Shown one piece after another: positions 35,253-44,946 of a stretch of 64,000 nt of DNA. Numbering within the stretch: the first letter of the stretch is position 1; every line of letters starts with the position of its first letter. The notes under the pieces were generated by a model. That model did no database searches, was not told where the DNA came from, and worked only from the letters and a program-made list of their open reading frames with translations. Source of the DNA: a virus (Duplodnaviria; Caudoviricetes); IMG/VR virus record IMGVR_UViG_3300033463_000080, positions 1 to 64,000 of that record; one strand, given 5' to 3'. Position numbers and translations under genes: made by a program.

Positions 35253-36899
35253 ATGAACGAACTGGAACTGATCCGGAAGAGCATTGACCGGCATCCGGAC
35301 GACGCGCCGGTGTATCGGGACGCACTGGCCGTGCTGTACGAAGGGATTGAGCGCGGGGAAGCGTGGCACGGGGAGAACCGTGAACTGCGAAAGAAGATCA
35401 GCGGAGCGATCAAGCGTGCCGGTGATCAGCGAAGTGCGGAGATCCTGAATGACACGTACTATAAGAGTTTGTTGATTGACGCGCCTTATGATTATGACAG
35501 TTTTCTGTTGTATCTTGAGAAAAACAGGAAACCGGAGGACAGGTTTTATCTTCCGAGAAGGAAGGTGCTGCGTCCGATTGTGGAAGCGTTTCAGGAGGTT
35601 GCGGACGGCAAACTGGATCTACTGACGGTTAGTCAACCGAAAAGGACCGGCAAGACAACTCTTGGAACGTGGTTTGTGCTGTTCCGCGCGGGACAGCATC
35701 CAAAGGGAAGCAGCGTATGTTCGGGCGCTGGGGATATGTTGGTAAAAAGTTTCTATACGGGGATGCTGGAGGTACTTCAGCAGACGGATAAGTATGCATA
35801 CTATGATATTTTCCCTGAGGCGAAGCTTGTAAGTACGAACGCTGATGAGAAAACGTTCAACCTGATGGAAAAGAAGCGGTTTGCAACTGTAACGTGCCGT
35901 CCGATTGACGGACAGATTACAGGATCAACGGAAGCTACACCGGATGGGTTGATCTACCTGGACGATGCCGTAAAGAATGAGGAAGAGGCCGTAAACAGGG
36001 ATCGTCTGGACTTCTTGTGGGACAAGGTACGCGGCGATATTCTGGGCCGCCGGCTGGAAGGATGCCCGATTGTTGCCCAGGGAACGCGGTACAGCCTGTA
36101 TGATCCGCTGGGAAGGCTGCAGGAAGTGGCACCGGAGATGAACTGGCGAACAAAGATTCTGGAGATCCCTGCGCTGAATGAACAGGATGAAAGTAATTTT
36201 GAGATTACGTTACACGGGAAAAAGATGTTCACGAGCGCATACTACCAACACGAACGCGAACTGGTGACAGAGATGCAGTGGATGAGCCAGTTTCAGCAAC
36301 AGCCGTTTGAGGCGAAGGGACGGTTGTTCCCCGAAGATCAGTTGAACCGGTTCTTCAAACTGCCGGACCGTGATCCGGATGCGATTGTTGCAGCGTGCGA
36401 TACTGCCGAGAAGGGCAGCGACAGCGTTTGTCTTCCTGTGGCGTATATTTACGGGGACGACGTCATGATTGCGGACTGCGTGTTCAGTAACGCAACGCCG
36501 GAGCATACAAAACCGGCCTGTGCGAACGTGCTTGTACGGAACAAGGTTGCGGTGGCACAGTTTGAAAGCAACAGCGCGGGTGAGTATTTTGCCAGGGACG
36601 TAGAAAAGCTTGTGCAGAAACAGGGGGGTAAGACAAGTATCCGTCTGAAGCGAAATCAAACAAAAAAGACTACCCGGATTGAGGTGGAAAGTGATTATAT
36701 CCTGAAACATTTCTATTTCCTGGACCAGTCGATGTATAAGCGAAACAGTGATTATGGGATGATGATGCGGGAGTTTACGACATACACGCGCAACGGAGCC
36801 GTGAAGCACGACGATGCACCGGACGGACTAAGCCAACTTTCGGATTTGATCAGGAATACGGTAAGTCCGAAGGCAAAGGTGTTTGCGCGACCGTTTTAA
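35253..36899 (+). CDS. terL: terminase large subunit
   Basis: VSQPKRTGKT Walker A, YLDD, FQQQPF, CDTAEKGSD, HDDAPDGL nuclease motif. Confidence 0.92.
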   Translation: MNELELIRKSIDRHPDDAPVYRDALAVLYEGIERGEAWHGENRELRKKISGAIKRAGDQRSAEILNDTYYKSLLIDAPYDYDSFLLYLEKNRKPEDRFYLPRRKVLRPIVEAFQEVADGKLDLLTVSQPKRTGKTTLGTWFVLFRAGQHPKGSSVCSGAGDMLVKSFYTGMLEVLQQTDKYAYYDIFPEAKLVSTNADEKTFNLMEKKRFATVTCRPIDGQITGSTEATPDGLIYLDDAVKNEEEAVNRDRLDFLWDKVRGDILGRRLEGCPIVAQGTRYSLYDPLGRLQEVAPEMNWRTKILEIPALNEQDESNFEITLHGKKMFTSAYYQHERELVTEMQWMSQFQQQPFEAKGRLFPEDQLNRFFKLPDRDPDAIVAACDTAEKGSDSVCLPVAYIYGDDVMIADCVFSNATPEHTKPACANVLVRNKVAVAQFESNSAGEYFARDVEKLVQKQGGKTSIRLKRNQTKKTTRIEVESDYILKHFYFLDQSMYKRNSDYGMMMREFTTYTRNGAVKHDDAPDGLSQLSDLIRNTVSPKAKVFARPF

Positions 36900-36911
36900 G
36901 GAGAGACATGA

Positions 36912-37643
36912 ATGTATAATAAAGGCAAGCCAGCACCGAATGCTAAATACAACAACCCGGAATTCATTGGCAAAAAATTTGGACGATTGACCGTGCTTGA
37001 GATCAATCACGCCATGCAGGGAAAGTACAATAAGTGGATGTGGAAGTGCAGATGCGACTGCGGAAACATTGGAGAATATCGCAGCGAATATGTTTGCAGT
37101 GGCCATACGACGTCATGCGGATGCGCATTGCTCGATAATAAATCAAACCTACAACACGGAGAATGCAAAAGCAGATTACATACAATCTGGTGCGTAATGC
37201 GTGAGCGTTGCAGGCCGGGTCACATGGCTTCCCATTGGCATGGAGATCGTGGGATCTCGGTATGCCAAGAATGGAATGACTACAAAACGTTCGCGAAATG
37301 GGCGAAAGAGAGTGGATACAATGACACGATGAGCATTGAAAGAATAGATAATGACGGAAACTATTGCCCGGAAAACTGCAAATGGATTCAGCGCCCACTG
37401 CAGGCAAGAAACAGAAGGACAACTATGTATGTTGATTATAACGGAGAAAGAATGTCGTTGGCTGAAGCATGCGAACTTGCAAACGTTCCGTACAAACAAA
37501 CATGGGAAAGAATTAAACGCCTTGGTTGGCCTGCTGAGAAGGCATTATCAATACCGATTAACGAAACCAGAAAATGGAAGAGAAGCGAAAGATTCTGCAA
37601 GCAGGCTTTTAATTTACCATCTGATACCGCGAAATGTGATTAA
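36912..37643 (+). CDS. free-standing HNH homing endonuclease
   Basis: GKKFGRLTV, WKCRCDCG, TTSCGC, SIERIDNDGNYCPENCKW. Confidence 0.88.
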   Translation: MYNKGKPAPNAKYNNPEFIGKKFGRLTVLEINHAMQGKYNKWMWKCRCDCGNIGEYRSEYVCSGHTTSCGCALLDNKSNLQHGECKSRLHTIWCVMRERCRPGHMASHWHGDRGISVCQEWNDYKTFAKWAKESGYNDTMSIERIDNDGNYCPENCKWIQRPLQARNRRTTMYVDYNGERMSLAEACELANVPYKQTWERIKRLGWPAEKALSIPINETRKWKRSERFCKQAFNLPSDTAKCD

Positions 37644-37658
37644 AATATTACGAAACGC

Positions 37659-37788
37659 TTGACAACATACAATATCTTGTGTAATAATGCATGCGAGGAA
37701 TACTGTTCTGTTTTCTTCGTGACCCTGTGAAGAGACGGAGTACTGAGACGCTGAATGGCGAGAGATCGTTGGTTCAGCGTCTTTTTCT
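37659..37788 (+). promoter_or_regulatory. promoter plus terminator-like leader hairpin upstream of the portal gene
   Basis: TTGACA at 37659 with TAATAAT 17-18 bp downstream; GAGACGCTGAA/TTCAGCGTCTT stem followed by a T-run. Confidence 0.5.
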
Positions 37789-37813
37789 ATATCTGCGGAC
37801 GGAGGTGAGCGGG

Positions 37814-39532
37814 TTGGGCCTGGAAGTCTACGACGTCAGTACGACGGCAGGGGTGAACTTTGACACCGAAATCGCAAAGAGGCTCCGTGGCCGCAAACAA
37901 ATATTCTCATCGGTGGAGGAAGTCACGGACGAGAACGTGATCGACGTGCTGACAAAGGCGCTTCCGATTCATGAACTGAACCGGGCGGAAGAAATCTTCC
38001 TGAAAAACTACGAGCGCGGCCAGCAGCCGATTCTGTACCGCCATAAGCAGTACAACGCGGAGATTAATAACACGATTGTGGTAAATATCGCCAATGAAAT
38101 CGTGACGTTCAAAACGAGCGAGTTCGCGGGCGAACCCATCATGTATATCTCGCGCGGAAGCGGTCAGCGGGAAAAGGCCGGCGAGATCTCCGACGTTCCG
38201 GATAAGATCGCGCAGATCAACAGCATGATGGTCAGCGAGGACAAGCAGAGCGAAGACTACAAGCTGGCATACGAGATGTTTACCTGCGGTGTTGGGTACC
38301 GGCTGGTGCTGCGGGACGACAAAGGGAAGTCTCCGGACTACCTGGATGAAGCGCCGTTTGAGATTCATGTGCCGAACACGGAAAACACGTTTGTGGTTCG
38401 CCGGAGCGACGTGACCAAGCGTGTGCTGATGGGCGTCACGTATGTGTATCGCGGGGAAAACAGCACGGATCCGGAGTACGCGGTGTACACGCCGAACGTG
38501 AAATACACGATTGCGGCGGCGGACGGCGAGTCCATGAAGATCATTAAGCGTGAACAACACAACTTCGGCATGGTCACGCTGATCGAGTATCCGTGTAATC
38601 CGAACTACATGGGATCATTTGAGCCGGTCGTGCCGCTGATGGATGCGATCAACCTGACGCAGAGCAACCGTCTGGACGGTATCGAGCAGTTCATTCAGGC
38701 GCTGATGGTATTCGACGGTGTGGATATTTCCCGGGAAGACTTCCTGGAACTGAAGGATCTCGGCGCGATCAAGCTTCCGGCGACACAGAATGCCAGCGGC
38801 GGCAAGAAACTGTACTATCTGAACGAGCAGCTGGACCAAAGCCAGACGCAGACGCTCGTAAACGATATGTACAAGACGATCCTGCAGATCGTTGGCATGC
38901 CAAGCCAGGGCGACGGGAACAGCAGCGACAGCAGCAATAACGGCGCGATGATCCTGAAGAACGGCTGGTGGCACGCGGAAGCGCGGATGCTTGAAACGCA
39001 GAGCATGTGGCGCAAGGCGGAAACGGATTTCCTGAAGGTTGTGCTGAAGATCTGCGCGGACGGGAACCTCATCAGCGGCCTGAAGATTAGCGACATGGAG
39101 CCGAAGTTCTGGCGGCAGAGTTACGAGGATCTGCTGGTGAAAACCCAGAGTTTCAGCACGCTGAGGACGAGCGGAATGCCCGCGATTCAGGCGTTTACAT
39201 TCAGCCATCTGAGCCGCGATCCGGAAAGCGACGCGCTGGTGTACGAAGAGTACCAGGCGCGGCTGGCTGCCGAACTGGACCGGCTGAACGGCGTTGCGGA
39301 AGGGTTGCCGCTGGACGAGAACGACACAGTAAACCCGACAACGACGGAAGGCGTGCAGGCCGAAGCGGAAACGCAGGAAAACGAGGACGGATCCGGAAAG
39401 AGCGAGGGCCAGTGGGCCATCTGCCCGGTATGCGGCAAGCGGTTCCTGAAGAAGGAAAGCAACCAGGTGTACGACTCCATTGCGTGCGCGAACAAGGCGC
39501 GGCGTGACAGCGGGGTCGGGTTCAGGCGGTGA
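37814..39532 (+). CDS. portal protein, SPP1 gp6-like
   Basis: Position; NIANEIVTFKTSEFAGEPI, FEPVVPLMDAIN, SNRLDGIEQF; TTG start after GGAGGTG. Confidence 0.88.
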   Translation: MGLEVYDVSTTAGVNFDTEIAKRLRGRKQIFSSVEEVTDENVIDVLTKALPIHELNRAEEIFLKNYERGQQPILYRHKQYNAEINNTIVVNIANEIVTFKTSEFAGEPIMYISRGSGQREKAGEISDVPDKIAQINSMMVSEDKQSEDYKLAYEMFTCGVGYRLVLRDDKGKSPDYLDEAPFEIHVPNTENTFVVRRSDVTKRVLMGVTYVYRGENSTDPEYAVYTPNVKYTIAAADGESMKIIKREQHNFGMVTLIEYPCNPNYMGSFEPVVPLMDAINLTQSNRLDGIEQFIQALMVFDGVDISREDFLELKDLGAIKLPATQNASGGKKLYYLNEQLDQSQTQTLVNDMYKTILQIVGMPSQGDGNSSDSSNNGAMILKNGWWHAEARMLETQSMWRKAETDFLKVVLKICADGNLISGLKISDMEPKFWRQSYEDLLVKTQSFSTLRTSGMPAIQAFTFSHLSRDPESDALVYEEYQARLAAELDRLNGVAEGLPLDENDTVNPTTTEGVQAEAETQENEDGSGKSEGQWAICPVCGKRFLKKESNQVYDSIACANKARRDSGVGFRR

Positions 39533-40179
39533 CGCCGGTGAACGTAGAGAAGGTCGGGTATTACGAGGCCTGCGACGAAGCCATCAAAGCGATGAACCGG
39601 GAGAACCTGGAAGCGTTCGGTAAGCTGAAGATGGCAAGGTGGGATGAGGTAAACGTCATCCGGACGGTCACGTCAGTTTACCGGAAGAGCGCGAAGAAGG
39701 CGCGGCAGCGGTACTACGAGGTGGCATTTGAAGCATACCTGCTGATGATGGCGATGTGCGACGTAGATCCGAAGAAAGCACATCGGATGGCGGAAAAGGC
39801 GATCACGGAAGTCTGGGTGGACCGGATCCTGTCAGAAACGGACTTCGTTACGCTGTACCGGTTTGACGCGGAAACGGAGCGCAAGGCGTACCGTCTGGCG
39901 GAAACGCTGGAAGTTGCAAGCGACCGGGACGCGGAAATCAACAAGGCGCTCCGGTACTGGAGCCAGCAACTGGGGCAGTACGCGATCAACTTCACGGACT
40001 ATGCGATGATCCAGGCAATGGAAGACGCGGGCGTGGAGGAAACCGAGTGGGTGACGATGAAGGACGAGAAGGTTTGTCATTCATGTGGCCCGCTTGATGG
40101 CAAAGTTTTCCGGTTGGATGAGATCCCCACAAAGCCTCATCCCGGATGCAGATGCAGGCTTCAACCAAGAGTCAAGTGA
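39529..40179 (+). CDS. head morphogenesis protein (SPP1 gp7/Mu gpF family)
   Basis: EWVTMKDEKVCHSCGPLDGKVF...HPGCRC. Confidence 0.85.
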   Translation: MTPVNVEKVGYYEACDEAIKAMNRENLEAFGKLKMARWDEVNVIRTVTSVYRKSAKKARQRYYEVAFEAYLLMMAMCDVDPKKAHRMAEKAITEVWVDRILSETDFVTLYRFDAETERKAYRLAETLEVASDRDAEINKALRYWSQQLGQYAINFTDYAMIQAMEDAGVEETEWVTMKDEKVCHSCGPLDGKVFRLDEIPTKPHPGCRCRLQPRVK

Positions 40180-40324
40180 TGTAAACGCAATTTGCGATTA
40201 CATAAATGCGAACCTTATCAATTGAAGATGGAAACTTGGCGGATAGGCCGACGGGCCGAAGAGTGGAGACGCCTTACCACCTGCCGCCAAGTAACCATAA
40301 AGGCGAACTACGGAGGCGATAGTT

Positions 40325-40879
40325 ATGGAAGAAATTTGGAAAGACATCGAAGGGTATGAGGGATTTTATCAGGTGAGTAATTTGGGGAATGTAAAAAGCT
40401 TGAATTATGCGCATCGTGGATATCAAAAAAACCTTGTCCCAAAGTGTAATAACAGTGGCAGGCTTTGGGTTGAATTAATTAAATACGGTGCAAGAAAGCC
40501 AATGCTCATTCACAGACTTGTTGCGATGGCGTTTATTCCAAACCCATGCAACCTTCCACAAATTAATCACAAAGATGAAAACCCCAAAAACAATGCGGTT
40601 GATAATCTGGAATGGTGTACGAATAAATATAATGTTCAGTACACGGTCGATAGGCATCCTGAATGGTTTAGACGGGGAGGCAATCCCGGAAGAGAAAGAA
40701 ATAGCAAGTATCACAGAATGCCGATTAATCAGTTTGATAAAAATGGGAATTTGATAAAACAATGGGCAAATGCAAGAACGATATTTGTTCAAACTGGGAT
40801 GAGTGATTGGAGCATTGCTGAGTGTTGCAGAGGAAAAAGACACACGGCATATGGTTTCAAATGGCAATATGCCATATGA
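40325..40879 (+). CDS. NUMOD4-HNH-NUMOD1 homing endonuclease
   Basis: EIWKDIEGYEGFYQVSNLG, IHRLVAMAF, INHKDENPKNNAVDNLEW, GFKWQY. Confidence 0.92.
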   Translation: MEEIWKDIEGYEGFYQVSNLGNVKSLNYAHRGYQKNLVPKCNNSGRLWVELIKYGARKPMLIHRLVAMAFIPNPCNLPQINHKDENPKNNAVDNLEWCTNKYNVQYTVDRHPEWFRRGGNPGRERNSKYHRMPINQFDKNGNLIKQWANARTIFVQTGMSDWSIAECCRGKRHTAYGFKWQYAI

Positions 40880-40998
40880 AATAAACATCGGAGAGAACCG
40901 ATGCAAAACAAACGCAGGCTCTGAGAGAACAGAGGATAATCAAACGCAAATCATTACGGAGCGGAGATGCTACCTAAAAAGCGCAAGGGGGACTGAGC

Positions 40999-41700
40999 AT
41001 GTTGAAGAATCAGAACGGTTATTGGATGAGTCCGGGTTTCTGGGCAATGTTCGCGCCGGATGGCGGAGACGGTGCTGGCGGAGATGGAACTCCCGCCGGT
41101 GACGCAGCACCCGCAGGCGGAGAAGCATCCGGAGACGGCGAAAACGGGGCCGGCAAGGGCGGTGAAGACGGAAAGTCGGGCGAGAATTCAGCTGAAGCGC
41201 TGAGCGCCGAGATTGCCCGTTTAAAAGCCGAAATGGCGAAGCAGAAAGCGGCGATGGACAAGGCGACCAAGGAAGCCGGAGACGCCAAGAAGGCCCTGAA
41301 GCAGAAGATGACCCAGGAAGAGATTGACGCGGCTGCCAAGCAGGAAGCCGAGGAAAAAGCCGCCAAGGAACTGGACGAACTGCGCAGGGAGGTTGCCAAG
41401 GGCAAGACCGTGAAGACGGTGATGGGCAAACTCGGACTGGACGAGGATGCCGCCGGCAACCTGGCGGATCATCTGTACGGCGCGGCGGACATTGACAACG
41501 CGCTGCTGGAGATCCAGAAAGCGTGGCAGGCGAAGGAAGCTGCGCTGCGCAAGGAGTTCGGGAAGATCACCGGCCCGGGCGCGGGTGCGGACAGCAACAG
41601 TCCGGAAGCACAGGCTGTCCGGCGGGCCGCTGACATCGGCAAGGCCCGGAACGCACAGAACGAACAGGCTCAGAAAGCCATGAACGCCTATCTACGGTGA
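40999..41700 (+). CDS. capsid scaffolding protein
   Basis: Gly/Asp-rich N-terminus after FAPDGG, Ala/Lys/Glu coiled coil, upstream of the capsid genes. Confidence 0.75.
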   Translation: MLKNQNGYWMSPGFWAMFAPDGGDGAGGDGTPAGDAAPAGGEASGDGENGAGKGGEDGKSGENSAEALSAEIARLKAEMAKQKAAMDKATKEAGDAKKALKQKMTQEEIDAAAKQEAEEKAAKELDELRREVAKGKTVKTVMGKLGLDEDAAGNLADHLYGAADIDNALLEIQKAWQAKEAALRKEFGKITGPGAGADSNSPEAQAVRRAADIGKARNAQNEQAQKAMNAYLR

Positions 41701-41763
41701 GACTGAAATCGGTCAGTCTGACCGATAGGAAATATAAACCACTTTACGAAAGGAGAAACAGGT

Positions 41764-42126
41764 ATGAATTACTCCAAGACCAGCTATGGCGGAACGATTG
41801 AAATTCTGGCCAGCAAAGACTTCCAGGCGATTCCTGTGACGGTCGCTGAACCCGGAGCCGGCACTGTCGTGAAGGCCGGAACCCCGCTGAACGCGAGTGG
41901 CGAGTCCACCACCGGCAGCGGTGCCGTCGGCATCCTGCTGTACGACGTGGATACCGCGAAGAACCCGAACGGCGCGGCGGTTGTGCAGGGCATCATCGAC
42001 GCCACCAAGGCCCAGAGCCACAGCGGCGTATCCTATGTTGACGCGCTGTACAGTGCGCTGCCCGGAGTTGTGTTCCGGACCAACATCGGCGCACAGGGCG
42101 AAACCGGCGAGACCGGGGAAACCTGA
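41764..42126 (+). CDS. head decoration protein
   Basis: VKAGTPL...GILLYDVD; position; ends GETGETGET. Confidence 0.7.
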   Translation: MNYSKTSYGGTIEILASKDFQAIPVTVAEPGAGTVVKAGTPLNASGESTTGSGAVGILLYDVDTAKNPNGAAVVQGIIDATKAQSHSGVSYVDALYSALPGVVFRTNIGAQGETGETGET

Positions 42127-42140
42127 TCGGAGGATAGCCG

Positions 42141-42791
42141 ATGAAAATACTCGTTGCCGTACCGACGTTTGAAACGATTTATCCGGACACCTACAAATCG
42201 CTGTGGGATCTGGACAAGTGCGGGCATGAGGTGCTGTTTGACAGCGTGCGCGGATACGATGTCGCGACGGCGCGGAACAGGATTGCCCAGCGCGCGCTTG
42301 AACTGGAAACGGACTGGCTGCTTTCGGTGGACAACGACGTGGTGCTTCCGAAGGATGCATTGAAACTGCTCATGGAGGACGCGCGCGACGTGAACCTCGG
42401 ATACTACGCGCACAGGGACCCGAAGAACAACTACACAGGCCGGATGTGCGTGTGCAGGCTGAAGGACGCGGAAGGGAACGAGTATTACCACTATCCCAAG
42501 GAATCGCAGTACACGGCGAACGAACTGCACGCACTGGCGGCTGCCGGGGAGAAGAAGATTGAGATCCACGGCGGCGGCATGGGATGCGCGCTGATCCGGA
42601 CGGAAGTCTTCCGGAAGACCTCGTACCCATGGTACGACTGGGTGAATTACGGGGACAGAAACCGGGGAATGCTGAGTGAAGACCTGTACTTCTGCTCAGT
42701 ATGCAGGGCAAGCGGGATTGCGATTCATGCGGACGTCAGGGTAGGATGCGGACATATGTTCCGGTATATCCAGTACCCTGAAGATCTGTAG
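42141..42791 (+). CDS. GT-A fold (GT2-like) glycosyltransferase inside the head module
   Basis: ILVAVP, ARNRI, LSVDND, GGGMGCALI, SEDLYFC, CGH. Confidence 0.8.
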   Translation: MKILVAVPTFETIYPDTYKSLWDLDKCGHEVLFDSVRGYDVATARNRIAQRALELETDWLLSVDNDVVLPKDALKLLMEDARDVNLGYYAHRDPKNNYTGRMCVCRLKDAEGNEYYHYPKESQYTANELHALAAAGEKKIEIHGGGMGCALIRTEVFRKTSYPWYDWVNYGDRNRGMLSEDLYFCSVCRASGIAIHADVRVGCGHMFRYIQYPEDL

Positions 42792-42864
42792 TTTTTTTAG
42801 CCTGTGGTTATTACGAAAAGAGGTACAGGTACCACAAAGAAAGTTATGAAAGGAGAAAAACACT

Positions 42865-43932
42865 ATGCTGTTTGATGGACTGTTTAGTCCGGCCGCCATC
42901 GGCGCAAACTGGACTGAGAATGTCAGCAACCGGATCCCCTATCTGGGCGAAGGACTGTTTCCCGCCCGCAAGCAGGCTGGCCTGGATCTGAAATGGATCA
43001 AGGGAAGCAAAGGTATTCCGGTATCCCTGATGCCCACCGCGTTTGACGCGAAAGCGACCTTCCGCGACAGGATCGGCGTGGAAAAGGTTGAAACCGAAAT
43101 GCCCTTCTTCCGGGAGGGTTTCAAAATCAAGGAACGGGATCGTCAGGATATCCTGCGCGCGCAGAGCGCCAACGATCCCTATGTGAACGCCGCCATCGCG
43201 CGGGTGTTCGACGACGCCAACGAACTGATTGAAGGCGCGCTGGTTGTCGGTGAGCGTGAACGGATGCAGCTGCTGTTCCCGGTGAACGGCAACGTCGGCA
43301 TCACCATTCAGGCGAACGGTGTGGATTACACCTACAACTACGACCCGGATGGCGCGTGGAAAGCCAGCAACTACTTTGAACTGGAAGGCGATGACAAGTG
43401 GTCTGCTCCCACGACCTCTGATCCTTTCGGCGACATTCAGGATGCGAAGGATGCCATCGCCGCGAAGACCGGTTCCGATCTGCGGATCATGGTCATGAAC
43501 AAGGCGACCTTTAAATACCTGCGGAACAACACGAACATCAAGAACCGCTTCCTGACCAAGAGCGGTGCGGCGTTCGGCTACCTGACGGATGCGGAGATCA
43601 TCCAGATCCTGAAGGATACCAACGACCTGGATGGCATCGTGCTGTATGACAAGCAGTTCCGGAACGAGAACAAGGTTGCGGCCAAGTTCGTTCCCGATGG
43701 CTATGTCGCGCTGATTCCGGCCGGCTCTCTGGGCGAAACCTGCTACGGCACCACGCCCGAAGAAGCCGACCTGATGGGTAAGGGCATTGCGCAGGTTCAG
43801 ATCGTGGAAACCGGCATCGCCGTGACCCAGATCGTGGATCCGCATCCCGTGAACCTGAACACCTTTGCTTCCGAAATCGTCCTGCCCAGCTATGAACGGA
43901 TGGACGAGGTTGCCGTGCTGAAGGTTTATTGA
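42865..43932 (+). CDS. major capsid protein (lambda E-like, HK97 fold)
   Basis: YLGEGLFPA, EMPFFRE, VPDGYVALIP, YGTTPEE, VLPSYERMD. Confidence 0.88.
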   Translation: MLFDGLFSPAAIGANWTENVSNRIPYLGEGLFPARKQAGLDLKWIKGSKGIPVSLMPTAFDAKATFRDRIGVEKVETEMPFFREGFKIKERDRQDILRAQSANDPYVNAAIARVFDDANELIEGALVVGERERMQLLFPVNGNVGITIQANGVDYTYNYDPDGAWKASNYFELEGDDKWSAPTTSDPFGDIQDAKDAIAAKTGSDLRIMVMNKATFKYLRNNTNIKNRFLTKSGAAFGYLTDAEIIQILKDTNDLDGIVLYDKQFRNENKVAAKFVPDGYVALIPAGSLGETCYGTTPEEADLMGKGIAQVQIVETGIAVTQIVDPHPVNLNTFASEIVLPSYERMDEVAVLKVY

Positions 43933-44002
43933 TGACATTTCAACCTGAGCGTTCGTGAGTGGCGGGCGCTCAGGGCAGATTTCATATGAAAGGGGATTCA
44001 CC

Positions 44003-44188
44003 ATGATTGCGACGCACAATATCAAGGTGAACGGCATGTGGATTCGCGCCGGGGAGCAGTATGGCGAACCGGAAGCGAAGCAGAAAGCAGAAAAGGTGGC
44101 TGAACCCGTAGCGGCGGAAGAACCGAATGCGGAAGAACCGAAGGCTGAAAAGCCGAAGACGGCGTCTCGCCGGAAGACCACCAAGTAA
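44003..44188 (+). CDS. small head-associated protein
   Basis: HNIKVNG...AG, Lys/Glu/Pro-rich tail; follows the capsid gene. Confidence 0.55.
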   Translation: MIATHNIKVNGMWIRAGEQYGEPEAKQKAEKVAEPVAAEEPNAEEPKAEKPKTASRRKTTK

Positions 44189-44202
44189 AGGAGGCGGACA
44201 GG

Positions 44203-44529
44203 ATGACCGATGAAAAGAAACTCAGTATGCTGCGCAGTATGCTGGGAGACGACGAAATGGATGACGGCATCCTGGAAGTCTATCTTGAAATTGCCGGACA
44301 GGCGATCCTGAACCGGATGTATCCGTACAAGACGAACTATGACGGACTGACGGTTCCGGACAGGTATGTGGCGATCCAGCTGAAGGTCAGTTGCTACCTC
44401 ATCAACAAAATTGGCGCGGAAGGCGAAATCCAGCACATCGAAAACGGAATCCATCGCAATTACGGTGCGTCGGACATTCCGGACGGGATGCTGAAGGACG
44501 TCGTACCGTTCTGTCAGGCGATCCGGTAA
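44203..44529 (+). CDS. head-tail connector (gp6/gp15-like)
   Basis: Position; NKIGAEGEIQHIENGIHRNY. Confidence 0.75.
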   Translation: MTDEKKLSMLRSMLGDDEMDDGILEVYLEIAGQAILNRMYPYKTNYDGLTVPDRYVAIQLKVSCYLINKIGAEGEIQHIENGIHRNYGASDIPDGMLKDVVPFCQAIR

Positions 44530-44541
44530 GGCGGTGGTGAC

Positions 44542-44946
44542 ATGCGGCTGCTGAGACGGAACACGACAGTATTTGAGTACCTGCCCTATGACGGCACGGA
44601 AACCGATCTGAACGATGACGGTGAACATACCGGGGAGTTTCACCCGGACTACGGCACAGCGGTGACGTACAGGGGCAATATCTCCACGCCGAGCGGCCAG
44701 ACCGCGCACACGTTCTACGGCGAGGACATCCGCTACACGCACATGCTGGTCATGGATAAACCGGATGCGGCAATCAACGAACACGGCGTTGTGCTGTGGA
44801 AGGGCCACCAGTACGAGGTGACGGCGGTGCGGCCGAGCCTGAACGTTCTGAACATTGCGCTTCGGCGCATGACGGAAGACAACGGCGAACCGTATGTGCC
44901 GGACGAAGAACCCGTGACCGGAGAGACCGGCGGTGATGAACCGTGA
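44542..44946 (+). CDS. head closure/head-tail adaptor
   Basis: Position; YEVTAVRPSLN. Confidence 0.6.
   Translation: MRLLRRNTTVFEYLPYDGTETDLNDDGEHTGEFHPDYGTAVTYRGNISTPSGQTAHTFYGEDIRYTHMLVMDKPDAAINEHGVVLWKGHQYEVTAVRPSLNVLNIALRRMTEDNGEPYVPDEEPVTGETGGDEP

Noticed and set aside
37583-37612. Possible remnant of the terL 3' end after the third HNH (KRKILQAGF* versus KAKVFARPF*)
   Set aside because: Same length and pattern but little nucleotide identity; could be chance.
40180-40324. Structured leader of the fourth HNH as an intron
   Set aside because: No group I P/Q/R/S or group II domain V motif, and the flanking genes appear complete.
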